A DNA stretch of 53,623 nucleotides, taken from Promethearchaeota archaeon (GTDB taxonomy: Archaea; Asgardarchaeota; Lokiarchaeia; Sigyniarchaeales; SOKP01). The notes under the pieces are model-generated. The model did not search any database, was not told where the DNA came from, and saw only the letters and a program-made list of their open reading frames with translations. This document shows positions 19,349 through 28,978 of the stretch, in pieces. The stretch is from positions 1 through 53,623 of the forward strand of contig SDNY01000007.1 of NCBI GenBank assembly GCA_004524535.1, read 5' to 3'. Made by a program: the position numbers and the translations under genes. Position 1 is the first letter of the stretch; each line of letters opens with the position of its first letter.

Positions 19349-19519
19349 GGTCCATTAGCTCAGCTTGGTTAAAGCGCGGGTCTTATAAGACCATATAGAC
19401 GGACACCCCCTACTAAAAACTGTCTATATAGCATAAAAGCCCGAGAGCCTTGTGCCGGGATACCGGGGGTTCGAAATACCAGAGCATAAAGCTCTAGGAC
19501 GGACTTCCCCCATGGACCA
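19349..19519 (+). tRNA. tRNA-Ile(TAT) with three introns (anticodon loop 19389..19438; variable loop 19446..19461; T loop 19476..19505)
   Basis: Acceptor GGTCCAT/ATGGACC-A. After splicing: anticodon arm CGGGT-CTTATAA-GCCCG, variable loop AGACC, T arm GGGGG-TTCGAAT-CCCCC. Confidence 0.85.
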
Positions 19520-19579
19520 TTTTATAACTTAGCAAATATATATAACGCCTAAAAAAGAGTTAAATAACAACAATTGTTC

Positions 19580-20260
19580 CTATTTATCAAGGCTAACAGA
19601 AACTAAATTTAACAGCCATTTCTTTATTTGCATTAAATTCTTAAGTAATCCAGGTACATGGTTTTCTGGGAATGTTTTATCTGGTTCTAATTTTTGTGTA
19701 GCGCTCATCCACTTGTTCAATGCTAATTGTACTAAACTTGCTCCTTCAGCTTCCATAAACATTGGCACAACAGCAGCAGATTCTCGGGCATCCCCGATTG
19801 CGAAATAAATTTTTCTATTGATACCTTTTATCATTACTAGATTAGCACATTCATCCAGCTTTCTTTCAACCAAAATTGATTTAAGAATTTGCTCTTTCTC
19901 GTTCTCTTCTTTTTTAGCAAAAATTTCCTTCCTAGCTTTAAGTTTGGGGGCTATTTCATTAATTAATTTATCACCAGTAGTGCCCTCATTGAAATACTTT
20001 GTAATAGATAAATTATCATCTAAAGCTTCGATTAAGATAAATTTTTTTGTATTTGAATAAAGGATTGCTTTTGAACCACCTTTATTTTCATTTTGGGATA
20101 ATTTTATGAAAATATTTCTCGTACTTACATTGTTATTCGTGTGATACCCTAATTCGAACAATTCTTTATGGTTTAAAGGAGCGAACTCTTCAGTTATATT
20201 TGTGGATAACCATTCGGATGTGATTACAGAGTTAAATTGATCTAACAATCGATTTTCCAT
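19580..20260 (-). CDS. Hypothetical protein
   Basis: 226-aa ORF with host-like codon usage; no motif recognised. Confidence 0.7.
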   Translation of the reverse strand: MENRLLDQFNSVITSEWLSTNITEEFAPLNHKELFELGYHTNNNVSTRNIFIKLSQNENKGGSKAILYSNTKKFILIEALDDNLSITKYFNEGTTGDKLINEIAPKLKARKEIFAKKEENEKEQILKSILVERKLDECANLVMIKGINRKIYFAIGDARESAAVVPMFMEAEGASLVQLALNKWMSATQKLEPDKTFPENHVPGLLKNLMQIKKWLLNLVSVSLDK

Positions 20261-20382
20261 AATTGATTAGAACCCATGTTATTTTTTAGAATTTGATTAT
20301 ACAATATACAATATTCTTATAATAAATAATTATAATTTTTATATATATTTTCATTTCGATTACAATAATATAAAATTATTTT

Positions 20383-21750
20383 TTATTTCTTAATTATTTG
20401 TTCATAAGCTTTTTCAAATCTTTCGATTGCAGTTATGATATCAGTAGATTTAGCTCCTATTGAGGCGTTCATCACAATATATGGTATGGGATAGTTATCA
20501 CAGCACATACCAAAATTTTTATCCTCTTGATTATAGACTCTAGGGCCAGTAACCCGTAAATTATAGAGAGCACCTCCTAATTCGGAAATTTGTTCTTTCT
20601 TTAGTTTTTCAAGAGATAATGCAACAGCAACTGGATTATATATTTCTAAAATTCTTTCATTTATTTTTTTCGCAATCTCTACTAATCTCTTTTCAAGTAA
20701 TTTACGATTTTTTTTTTGTTCCTCCAACAGAGTTTGATAACCAGTGAGTCCCAACGAAAGCGTGGAAATTAAAAAATTCACAATGGGAGTTGCAGATGCC
20801 CGACCAGCGTATGTATGGCTAATCTTAGTGATTAACTCATCGTGCGGAGATGCAATTATAGCTCCACCCACGGGAGTAAGGAAATTCTTATCTGTAGATT
20901 GAATGATCGCATCGACTCTTCCCGCGTCAATGGCAGTACGAATTAATTTCATCCATTCTATACTTTGAACACCATAAGCGTTAATAATGATATGCACAAG
21001 GTCATGTTCCTTCGCAAATTTGCTAATTTCTTTAATATTGTCGTGTTCTCGCGGTGGAAAAAAGCTCGTAATTGAAATAATGGCAAAACAATTTTCATCC
21101 AAATTGCTTTTAATATCCTCAATAGGAACTCGAACAGCATCTCCAAAAATCTTTCCATTAACAACCTTTACATTACAACCTATTAAATCAATTGCTTTTA
21201 ATATTGATTGATGGTCAATTCTGGGAAGTATAACTTTTCTCTTATTTATGAACTTATTATCATTCCAATCAGGTTTTAAAGCGCCTAGGCATAATGCCAA
21301 TGACATTCCAGTACAGAGAGGAACTACTATTGCCTTTTTAATATTAGGTAAGCCAAAATTTTTTAGAAAATTTCGTGCTAAAAAATTAGAGATTTCGTAC
21401 ATTATTGACCCACCCGGAGCCTTTGGTTGTGGAGCTGTTAAAAAACCAGAGCGACCAACACCATGACAAAAACCACCAGAAGTTTTTAATTGGAGTTTAG
21501 ACGCGATTCTTGCTTCTCTTTCACCCACTTTAGCAGCTCTATCATCCTTATCAGTATCCATATTTGAAAGAATCTGAAGTAAAAACTCAATTTGCTCGTC
21601 GCTCCAAGGTTCTTTTGGCACACTTTTCTGTTCAAATAGAATTTTTATTGGCTTCAAGAAATTATCTAAAACAATCTGCCCTCTATTTAACATATTTTGA
21701 GGAATAGAAGAATTTTCAAAAAATTCGCTTATTTTGTTAAAATCAACCAT
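20383..21750 (-). CDS. spcS: O-phosphoseryl-tRNA(Sec) selenium transferase (SepSecS)
   Basis: GEREAR, HGVGRSG...QPKAPG, QSTDKNFLTPVGG (PLP lysine), YAGRAS motifs; directly downstream of tRNA-Sec. Confidence 0.96.
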   Translation of the reverse strand: MVDFNKISEFFENSSIPQNMLNRGQIVLDNFLKPIKILFEQKSVPKEPWSDEQIEFLLQILSNMDTDKDDRAAKVGEREARIASKLQLKTSGGFCHGVGRSGFLTAPQPKAPGGSIMYEISNFLARNFLKNFGLPNIKKAIVVPLCTGMSLALCLGALKPDWNDNKFINKRKVILPRIDHQSILKAIDLIGCNVKVVNGKIFGDAVRVPIEDIKSNLDENCFAIISITSFFPPREHDNIKEISKFAKEHDLVHIIINAYGVQSIEWMKLIRTAIDAGRVDAIIQSTDKNFLTPVGGAIIASPHDELITKISHTYAGRASATPIVNFLISTLSLGLTGYQTLLEEQKKNRKLLEKRLVEIAKKINERILEIYNPVAVALSLEKLKKEQISELGGALYNLRVTGPRVYNQEDKNFGMCCDNYPIPYIVMNASIGAKSTDIITAIERFEKAYEQIIKK

Positions 21751-21777
21751 ATAAAATCACATTTTTTTAATTTAAGA

Positions 21778-21931
21778 TGGCGGCCCTCGAGGAGATTTCC
21801 TGTCAATTGGGTAAATCCCAATGATTATCGAACTCCTATCCCTCCGCAGGATAACTGGGTTTGAAGCCCAGCGTCAGAGACCACTTATCGTTGACCAACT
21901 AATTTTTGATCAATTCCGACCGTCAAGGGCC
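21778..21931 (-). tRNA. selC: tRNA-Sec(TCA) with two introns (D arm 21885..21914; T loop 21796..21826), CCA encoded
   Basis: 9-bp acceptor GGCCCTTGA/TCGAGGGCC, anticodon arm CTGGG-CTTCAAA-CCCAG, long variable arm, 4-bp T stem; 7-bp D stem GTCGGAG/CTCTGAC forms after splicing. Confidence 0.93.
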
Positions 21932-22036
21932 ATAAAAAATTATTTTACCTAAATCAAATTATCTATTATTTTAAATGAAATTAACTATTATTTTTTAATA
22001 TTAATTTCCTAAGAAAGATAAAAGAAAAAAACATTT

Positions 22037-22702
22037 TTATCCAAAATCTTCACATATTAGTCGTCTTGCTCCGGGAGTTATAAGTTTCAGATCGTAAACT
22101 AATTCAATGAAACTCACTATCATATGCGTAGTCGCTCCAAAGATAACATAGTTTTTTTCATTATTGGGTGCTCGATAATTATATTTTCCTACCGCAATTG
22201 TATTATTTTTAACTTTATAAGTTCTTTCTCTATAATTTTTTTTATTGGCAAAAAAGGTAATTGGAATCTTAACAATCTCTTGTACTTCCTCTTCACATTT
22301 CGTCATTTTTTGATGCTCATCAACATATCCAACAAAAGGAGTAATTATGAATTTTTTTGGCGTTATATGATCGTCAAAACATCCTAATAATTTGATTTCT
22401 TCCTTTTGAATGGCTAATTCTTCTTTTATCTCTCTTAGCGCAGTATCTTGATAAGTTTTATCAAAACGCTCGTCAAATTTACCTCCAGGAAATGCCATTT
22501 CTCCCGAATGTTTATCACCTTTTCTACTAGTACGGCGAATCAAGACTAAATCATAAGGTTTATTATTGTAAGGGATAATTAGAAAAATTACTGCGGATTT
22601 AACAAAATCTTCATCTACAAAAGAGAGCCTATTATTAGAATTAAAAGATTTTAATTTATTTTTAATAAAATCTTCATTAAAAATAAAATCGATATTGTTC
22701 AT
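22037..22702 (-). CDS. Nudix CoA pyrophosphatase (NudL/PCD1-like)
   Basis: SAV...HSGEMAFPGGK...ALREIKEE, IFGAT motifs. Confidence 0.9.
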   Translation of the reverse strand: MNNIDFIFNEDFIKNKLKSFNSNNRLSFVDEDFVKSAVIFLIIPYNNKPYDLVLIRRTSRKGDKHSGEMAFPGGKFDERFDKTYQDTALREIKEELAIQKEEIKLLGCFDDHITPKKFIITPFVGYVDEHQKMTKCEEEVQEIVKIPITFFANKKNYRERTYKVKNNTIAVGKYNYRAPNNEKNYVIFGATTHMIVSFIELVYDLKLITPGARRLICEDFG

Positions 22703-22727
22703 ATTATTTTTTTTTTTTTTCTACTTA

Positions 22728-23450
22728 TTAAAATTTACTTTTAATCTTTCTTCTGTATTTGATGTAGTCCTTTAATTGTTTGATATTTTCCAATTTAAAC
22801 CGTTTTAATCCAAGTTCTGATAGATCTATGTCATACACAAGTTCAATAAAATTTGAAATCATATACGCAGTTGCACCCCACACTGTGTATTTTTTACGAT
22901 TTTTTTTATTTTTATAATTAAAATAGAAAATTGGGAATTTTTTACCCTCAATATCAATAGCTTGCTCCCTGAAATTTCTTTTACTGATAAAAAAATCGAT
23001 GGGGATTTTTAAAATCTCCTGAACTTCTCTCTCTTCTTTAGTTAAAATTTGATCTTTATCAATAATGCCAATAAAGGGGGAAATGATGAACCTGGTCATC
23101 GTGGGAAAGTCGTCGAGACAGCCTAAGATTTTTATTTTTTCCCTAGGCACTCCAATTTCCTCTTCGGTCTCTCTCAATGCTGTATCTTTTAAATTTTTAT
23201 CATGATTAGAATCGAAACTTCCTCCTGGAAAACTCATTTCACCTGCATGTTTTGAACCCCTATTAGTCCGATGTATTAATATTAAATCATAAGGCTTTTC
23301 CTTATAGGGAATTATTGCAAATAAAACGGCTGATGATTTAAAAAATTCGTCTTTAATAGAGATTCTCTTAGGAGAGTCAAAAGGAAAAATCCTTTTCTTT
23401 ATCAAATTTTTATTAAAAATTAAGTCTAATTTGTCCATGAGTTCTAGCAA
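22728..23450 (-). CDS. Nudix CoA pyrophosphatase (tandem paralog)
   Basis: SAVL...HAGEMSFPGG...ALRETEEEIG, VWGATA motifs. Confidence 0.9.
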   Translation of the reverse strand: MLELMDKLDLIFNKNLIKKRIFPFDSPKRISIKDEFFKSSAVLFAIIPYKEKPYDLILIHRTNRGSKHAGEMSFPGGSFDSNHDKNLKDTALRETEEEIGVPREKIKILGCLDDFPTMTRFIISPFIGIIDKDQILTKEEREVQEILKIPIDFFISKRNFREQAIDIEGKKFPIFYFNYKNKKNRKKYTVWGATAYMISNFIELVYDIDLSELGLKRFKLENIKQLKDYIKYRRKIKSKF

Positions 23451-23521
23451 AAATTTTAAGATATCAGTTATTTACAAAACTTAATATTCATTTTAATAAA
23501 ATTTTTTCTCATTGAACTACT

Positions 23522-23821
23522 ATGAAACTTCCGAAGGAACTCAGAGAGAAAAGCGACCTTAGTGGAACGGCAAGTAAAGGAAAGATATGCTCCGTAAAAG
23601 AATGTGGCGAATCAGCTATACGTTCTCTTTCAGAGAATAAATGGTCAAAGGTTTGTGAAAAAGCAAACTTAATGCTTAATGAAAATAGACTACGTAAAAT
23701 TTTTTTATGTAAAAAACACTATAAAGAAGCCAATAAAATGAGAAAATCAGACGAAAAATTAATCCAAAAAAAGGGCTTTTTGGAAGATTCCACTTCTACC
23801 AAAAGGGGAAAATGGGATTAA
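23522..23821 (+). CDS. Small basic zinc-finger-like hypothetical protein
   Basis: CSVKEC...LCKKH Cys/His pattern. Confidence 0.65.
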   Translation: MKLPKELREKSDLSGTASKGKICSVKECGESAIRSLSENKWSKVCEKANLMLNENRLRKIFLCKKHYKEANKMRKSDEKLIQKKGFLEDSTSTKRGKWD

Positions 23822-23839
23822 ACCTAGAGATAACAATCA

Positions 23840-23980
23840 TTAGGAAGCGCCATATGCTTCAAAATCAGACATCTCCTCGTAAAATGGTTCTATAAGAAGG
23901 ATTTGCCCCTCAATAATCCCTACAACTAAAAATGACAAGGCTATTAGAAGTATTATAAAAGCGATCAAACTTTTTCTCAT
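23840..23980 (-). CDS. 46-aa single-TM small protein (not in ORF track)
   Basis: MRKSLIAFIILLIALSFLVVGIIEGQILLIEPFYEEMSDFEAYGAS*, preceded by AGGTGAT SD. Confidence 0.6.
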   Translation of the reverse strand: MRKSLIAFIILLIALSFLVVGIIEGQILLIEPFYEEMSDFEAYGAS

Positions 23981-24033
23981 TTCTTATCACCTTTTAAAAT
24001 AATAGAAAGCAATTAAATTTTCGTTAGAAGACC

Positions 24034-24927
24034 TTATTTTATAAGTGTCTTTAATGTTTTAATTTTATTCTCTACTTTATCTATTTGTTTTACAAACTCA
24101 CTATCTTTTTCTTTAAACTCTTTTTCTGATATTTCTTTAGAAGAAAATCTTGCCTTATTAAAATTTTTTTCTGTCGTAAGCTCACTTTTTCTGTCAATTA
24201 GATCTTCAATCCATAAATTTATTCCAGCAATCAATTCTTCCTTTTCAGAAATAAAATTTTCTAGTTGCTGTTTATACTTTTCTTTTAATTTTCTAACGAC
24301 ATCCTTATCTCTTATCTTTTTTAATTTATGCTCTCTCCATAGATTTTTAAGCTGATCTCTCTTGACTGCAATATCGGTATTTAATTTTTCTACAATAAAT
24401 TTATCTGTAGCCTTTTGTTTTAACTCGTTTTCTTTTTGTTTCAATTCTCCGATAAGTGTTTTAACTGCTTTTAATTGAACATTTATTTTTTCCCCAAACT
24501 CAAAATCGGTGTCGTATTGTGGACTTTTCACCAATTTTTGAATTTCTTTCAATTTCTCAGCCAGATTTTTCTTTTTTTCACGAATTTCGTTAAGTTCAAG
24601 ATGAATTTCTATTTGTTCTTTTACGTCCTCTGAAAGAGGGTTTACTTCTTTTTTTTTTTGTTTTTTATCTTTTAATTTCTTTTCTACTTCTTCCAATTCT
24701 TCTCCCAATTCCATTTCTTCTTCTAGTTCCGTTTCTACTTCTTTTTCTTTTTTATCTTTCTTTTTTTTCTTTTTATCAAGATTTTTTTCTTTAGACTTTT
24801 CAGGAACCGCCTTTTCGGTTTTTTTTTCGGTTTTTGGTAAATTAGCAAGTAATGGTTTCCCACAGGAGATACAGAATTTGTCATTCGGGGCGACTGGTTT
24901 ACCACAATATACGCAATATTTAGGCAT
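24034..24927 (-). CDS. Zinc-ribbon plus long coiled-coil protein
   Basis: CVYCG..CISCG ribbon, charged linker, heptads. Confidence 0.75.
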   Translation of the reverse strand: MPKYCVYCGKPVAPNDKFCISCGKPLLANLPKTEKKTEKAVPEKSKEKNLDKKKKKKDKKEKEVETELEEEMELGEELEEVEKKLKDKKQKKKEVNPLSEDVKEQIEIHLELNEIREKKKNLAEKLKEIQKLVKSPQYDTDFEFGEKINVQLKAVKTLIGELKQKENELKQKATDKFIVEKLNTDIAVKRDQLKNLWREHKLKKIRDKDVVRKLKEKYKQQLENFISEKEELIAGINLWIEDLIDRKSELTTEKNFNKARFSSKEISEKEFKEKDSEFVKQIDKVENKIKTLKTLIK

Positions 24928-25029
24928 GATTTAGGTTTTTTTACATATTATTATAATATATTTTAAATGAAATTTATAATTAAAAAAGTTATATTAGTCC
25001 AGTTGTTAAAATTTTTTTAGTTTTAAAAA

Positions 25030-26445
25030 ATGGAAATTGAGAAAAAAATTCCAATTCATCTTGGATTATTTGGCCATATTGATTGTGGTAAAACGGCTAT
25101 TGCTGCGGTTTTAAGCGAATTTATATCAACTGCAGGTATTGATGCACATCCACAAAGCAAAGAAAGAGGCATTACTATTGATTTGGGATTTACGAGCTTT
25201 ATACTCGATAATTATCTGGTAACTTTAGTAGATGGTCCTGGACATGCTGATTTGATTAAAATAAGCGCTTCTTCTATAGAGATAATAGATTGTGCGTTAT
25301 TAGTTATTGATATAAATAAAGGTCCTCAAGTTCAAACTGGAGAACATTTAATCATGATTGAGGCGCTTAATATAAAAAAGATAATCGTAATTCTCAACAA
25401 AATAGATTTATTTAAGAGGCCCCTTGATGAAGAAATTAAGAAAATCAAAAAATTTTTTGAATCCACCTCTTTTGGAGCAAATATACCGATTTACACCGTT
25501 TCTGCTAAGAATAAAGAAGGATTTGAAAAATTAAAAAATGGTATTTTAAAAACAATTGAAACTTTAGATATTAAAAGAGATCTTGAGGGGGATTTAGTAA
25601 TTCCTATTGATCACCATTTTTCAATCAAAGGAATGGGGGCAGTTATCACAGGGACTATATTAAAAGGAAAATTAACTTTGAATCAATTTTTAGAATTGTT
25701 ACCTGTAAATACTTCAGGAAGAGTTAAAAATATTCAAGTTTTTCATCAGAATGTTGAATCTGCTAAAGCAGGTGATCGAGTTGGTATCAATGTAAAAAAT
25801 ATCGATATCAACAAGGTTTATCGGGGGTGTTATGCTACAAATAATAAAAATGCGTTTGAATATTGCGATATTATAGAAGTAAAAGTCAATAATAATAATT
25901 TATTTAAACCTGAAACCCGTTTTGGTACTCAAGTCCATGTTACAATAGGAATGGTAACTGTTGTAGGAAATATTTATCCTTATTACGAACTGGAGGGTAA
26001 AAGAGTTAAAACTACAGCATCAAGCAATAATAAAGGATTTAAAGCTATTTTATGGTTAAAGGAAAGAGTTTTAATTAGAAAAGAAAAAGCAATTATGCTT
26101 ATTAGTCGATTAGATTTACCGCCGACCACTCTTAGAATAATAGGTTCAGCAGAAATAATAAAGATTCATACTGAACCTCCTTTATTTTACAAATACAAAA
26201 TAAAAAAAGGGCGAATCCAAAATCCTAATCATCCTCAAGGAATAGTATGTGAAGGTTTAGCCAAGAGCGTTGTCGGAGCAAAAAAAATTATTGGGAAAAA
26301 ATTGGAGGCCCCATTCACAAAGATTTTAAGCACTTTTGGAACCAAAGGAGCAGTAATTGTCGGAATTGAAAGCAAAGAGATAATATTAAAAAAAAGTGAG
26401 CCAGTTTTAAAAGAGTTAAGAAGTTTTCATTTAAAAAAGATTTAA
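25030..26445 (+). CDS. selB: Selenocysteine-specific elongation factor SelB/EFSec
   Basis: GHIDCGKT, SKERGITIDLGF, DGPGHADL, QTGEHL, NKID, IDHHFSIKGMG, SRLDLPPTTLRI motifs; near SepSecS and tRNA-Sec. Confidence 0.95.
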   Translation: MEIEKKIPIHLGLFGHIDCGKTAIAAVLSEFISTAGIDAHPQSKERGITIDLGFTSFILDNYLVTLVDGPGHADLIKISASSIEIIDCALLVIDINKGPQVQTGEHLIMIEALNIKKIIVILNKIDLFKRPLDEEIKKIKKFFESTSFGANIPIYTVSAKNKEGFEKLKNGILKTIETLDIKRDLEGDLVIPIDHHFSIKGMGAVITGTILKGKLTLNQFLELLPVNTSGRVKNIQVFHQNVESAKAGDRVGINVKNIDINKVYRGCYATNNKNAFEYCDIIEVKVNNNNLFKPETRFGTQVHVTIGMVTVVGNIYPYYELEGKRVKTTASSNNKGFKAILWLKERVLIRKEKAIMLISRLDLPPTTLRIIGSAEIIKIHTEPPLFYKYKIKKGRIQNPNHPQGIVCEGLAKSVVGAKKIIGKKLEAPFTKILSTFGTKGAVIVGIESKEIILKKSEPVLKELRSFHLKKI

Positions 26446-26485
26446 ATTTTCAGAAAATATAATAATCATAAGTGAGGTTGTAAAA

Positions 26486-26908
26486 ATGGCAAATATTGGA
26501 GAATCGGAATTTGAAATTAAACAAGAGACATTAGATGTACTGATGCGTTCATTAGAAACACTGGAGAGCAGTACTGATTTAGAAGGAACTGCAATTGTCT
26601 CTAAGACAGGATTAAGGGTTGCAAGTTCTGAGACAGCAGATGTAGTAGCGGATATTTATTCTGCTTCGCCAGCAACGTTAATTTCCCTTGCAGAAAAAAT
26701 AAGTGAAGGATTAAATCAAGGGGAATTAAAAGAAATCTTAATTAGAGGTAGTAGTGGATACACTATTATTTTAGTAGGCGATAAAGATACCGATTTTATG
26801 CTGTTTACCAACTGTAAGAAAGCCTTTAAGCTTGGGTATTACATTCATAAACTCAAAAAGTCTTTTGAGCTAATGGGGCCAATCCTAAAGCAAATTGCTC
26901 AAAAATAG
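26486..26908 (+). CDS. Roadblock/LC7 domain protein
   Basis: DLEGTAIVSKTGLRVAS...L..GELKEILIRGSSGYTIIL pattern. Confidence 0.85.
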   Translation: MANIGESEFEIKQETLDVLMRSLETLESSTDLEGTAIVSKTGLRVASSETADVVADIYSASPATLISLAEKISEGLNQGELKEILIRGSSGYTIILVGDKDTDFMLFTNCKKAFKLGYYIHKLKKSFELMGPILKQIAQK

Positions 26909-26921
26909 TAATATAAAGTTT

Positions 26922-28772
26922 TTAAGATTCTTGAAATTCCCATCGAATTGTATCTCCATCTCGTAAGTAATGTCTATCGGCTCCATGACCTGGTTTTTCA
27001 CCATTAACTTCGTAAATCCAATCACCTTCAATACCATCAATTTCAGTAACCAATATTCCCCAGCCATAATCATCATATTTTATATCGCAGTATTTATCAA
27101 GCGCATCCAAAACAGTAGTTTTTCCTTTCGAAAGAGTAAAATCTTTCCAACTTTTTATGTTTCCATCTCCATAATCTACGATCAATGTAATATCTTCTAC
27201 AACTTCTAAAGCCGTTTCATTACTTGTCTCATCGATAGATCTTACGCCTGTATTAATCCAATAACTAAAAACTAACAATGAACTAAAACATATGGCACCA
27301 AAAATTCCAGTGAATAAATATTTTAACATTTTAGTATCTTTTTTCCATACTAATAAACCAAATGATACCGCAGCGCCACATCCAAGTAGTATAAATGGTA
27401 TTGTAAAATTAGAATATTCTTTTTCTTTCTTTTTTTCCTCGACATCAATATCATAAATAGTTTTAGTATAGGGATTAGGTGGTGGAATTGGATCTGATTC
27501 TTCATAATATAGTACTAATTCCATATCAAGTAAAAAATTGCCTGAAACGGCTCTCATCGCCATTAAGAGACCAGTGCGTTTATCATATGTTGTTATTGAA
27601 TAATTCTCGCCTCCCGTTTCAATAAAAATGAATTTAACTGTTAATCCTGTTTCTTCAATTGAAAAAAGAAGATAGTTTGATTGGTCTCCTGTTCCTTCAA
27701 GAGTTGCATTTTCCTTTAAAGATGTTAAATTTTTTGTAGGAATGAGAAATCCAGAACTAAAATTATTAAAACCAATGTGTAGATTAAGGGCTGCTTCAGT
27801 ATTAGATATATTATATAACGTAAAATTTGTTTTCAAATTACCAGTCTTATTTTCAATAAATGTAATATTTATCCATGGAATGGGATTTTCAAAAATACTG
27901 TTATCATTAATATCTTTCTCATGGTAGCCTGTAAAATTAACTCTTACTAAACCATTAATAGTTGTATTTACATTCCCTTTGAAATCACCTGACATATTAA
28001 ACCATTTAAAAGGCTCGCCATATTCCTTTACAGTGTAATTATAGGTTAAATCTAAATTAGAAGTAAAATTCAGCGAGGTTATTTCCATTTGAAAGGCAAA
28101 TAATGACGTTTTCGCCCAAACCAATAATCCACTATGTCGCTCGTAAATCATGTATGTCCTTTGAGTTCCATCAGTTTGTTCAAAGCTAAAATAGATAAAA
28201 TTATATGTTTCCTCGATTTTTACAATACCGTTAGCCCATAAACTAGAACTTTCAGCAATGGCCAACTCCTTCACTTTAGTCAAATTTTCTGTCGGAAGAA
28301 GAAAACCTGAATCAAAATTATTATATCCAATTCCTAAAGCATCAGCAGCTTCAGGATTAGAAACATTATATAAAGTTCTATTATTTACAAATGTAATATT
28401 TATATACGGTATAGGCTCAGGGAAGCATGATGGATCTTTTGGGTGCTTATCGTCAAATCCTGTAAAATTAACTAATATTTGACTTCCAGAACTAGAATTT
28501 ACATAATCCTTATTGCCATCAAAAGACCACCACCATAACGGTCCTTCAAATTGAGTCACATTGTATACATATGTGCCATTAAGATCTAAATCCTGATAAT
28601 AATCCTGAGGAATATCTGCAATTTTAAGTTTCGAGGTATCTTTAGTTTTAAAATTTAAAGTATTAGTACTTTCTCCTTCAGAATTATTGATTTGGATTGA
28701 GGAGTAAAAAATTATGGCTCCGATTGCCATAGTAAAGATGAATAAGCTTATCAATAATATCTTTTTATTCAA
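26922..28772 (-). CDS. Membrane-anchored surface protein with a duplicated ~175-aa domain and C-terminal DUF4430 (transcobalamin-C-like) domain
   Basis: N-terminal TM; two copies of VNFTG...PIP.INITF...LYN.SN.EAA..L.IG.NNF.SGFL.PT.NLT; two TMs; TVLDAL...GILVTEIDG...WIYEVNG...GADRHYLRDGD.I.W. Confidence 0.75.
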   Translation of the reverse strand: MNKKILLISLFIFTMAIGAIIFYSSIQINNSEGESTNTLNFKTKDTSKLKIADIPQDYYQDLDLNGTYVYNVTQFEGPLWWWSFDGNKDYVNSSSGSQILVNFTGFDDKHPKDPSCFPEPIPYINITFVNNRTLYNVSNPEAADALGIGYNNFDSGFLLPTENLTKVKELAIAESSSLWANGIVKIEETYNFIYFSFEQTDGTQRTYMIYERHSGLLVWAKTSLFAFQMEITSLNFTSNLDLTYNYTVKEYGEPFKWFNMSGDFKGNVNTTINGLVRVNFTGYHEKDINDNSIFENPIPWINITFIENKTGNLKTNFTLYNISNTEAALNLHIGFNNFSSGFLIPTKNLTSLKENATLEGTGDQSNYLLFSIEETGLTVKFIFIETGGENYSITTYDKRTGLLMAMRAVSGNFLLDMELVLYYEESDPIPPPNPYTKTIYDIDVEEKKKEKEYSNFTIPFILLGCGAAVSFGLLVWKKDTKMLKYLFTGIFGAICFSSLLVFSYWINTGVRSIDETSNETALEVVEDITLIVDYGDGNIKSWKDFTLSKGKTTVLDALDKYCDIKYDDYGWGILVTEIDGIEGDWIYEVNGEKPGHGADRHYLRDGDTIRWEFQES

Positions 28773-28802
28773 TTTTTTTTAGTCCTATTCTATTGTGATT
28801 AA

Positions 28803-28890
28803 AAAGCCAGAGCCTATAATTGATAAATTGCCTTCTCCAGGCTTATCCTATGATGGCAGGAAGCCCAGAGCCTCGCGGGAAACTTATCCT
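28803..28890 (-). promoter_or_regulatory. Candidate structured 5' leader RNA of the DUF4430 gene
   Basis: GC-rich island in an AT-rich intergenic region; 10-bp stem CTCTGGGCTT/AAGCCTGGAG with G-U pairs only on the minus strand; TATA-like TTTAATATA about 28 nt upstream. Confidence 0.45.
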
Positions 28891-28978
28891 ATATATTTTT
28901 AAATTAAAAAATATTAGATATATTAAAAATGTTTTGGTATTAAAAACTAATACAAAACAATTATAAGGTTGGAGTGTC

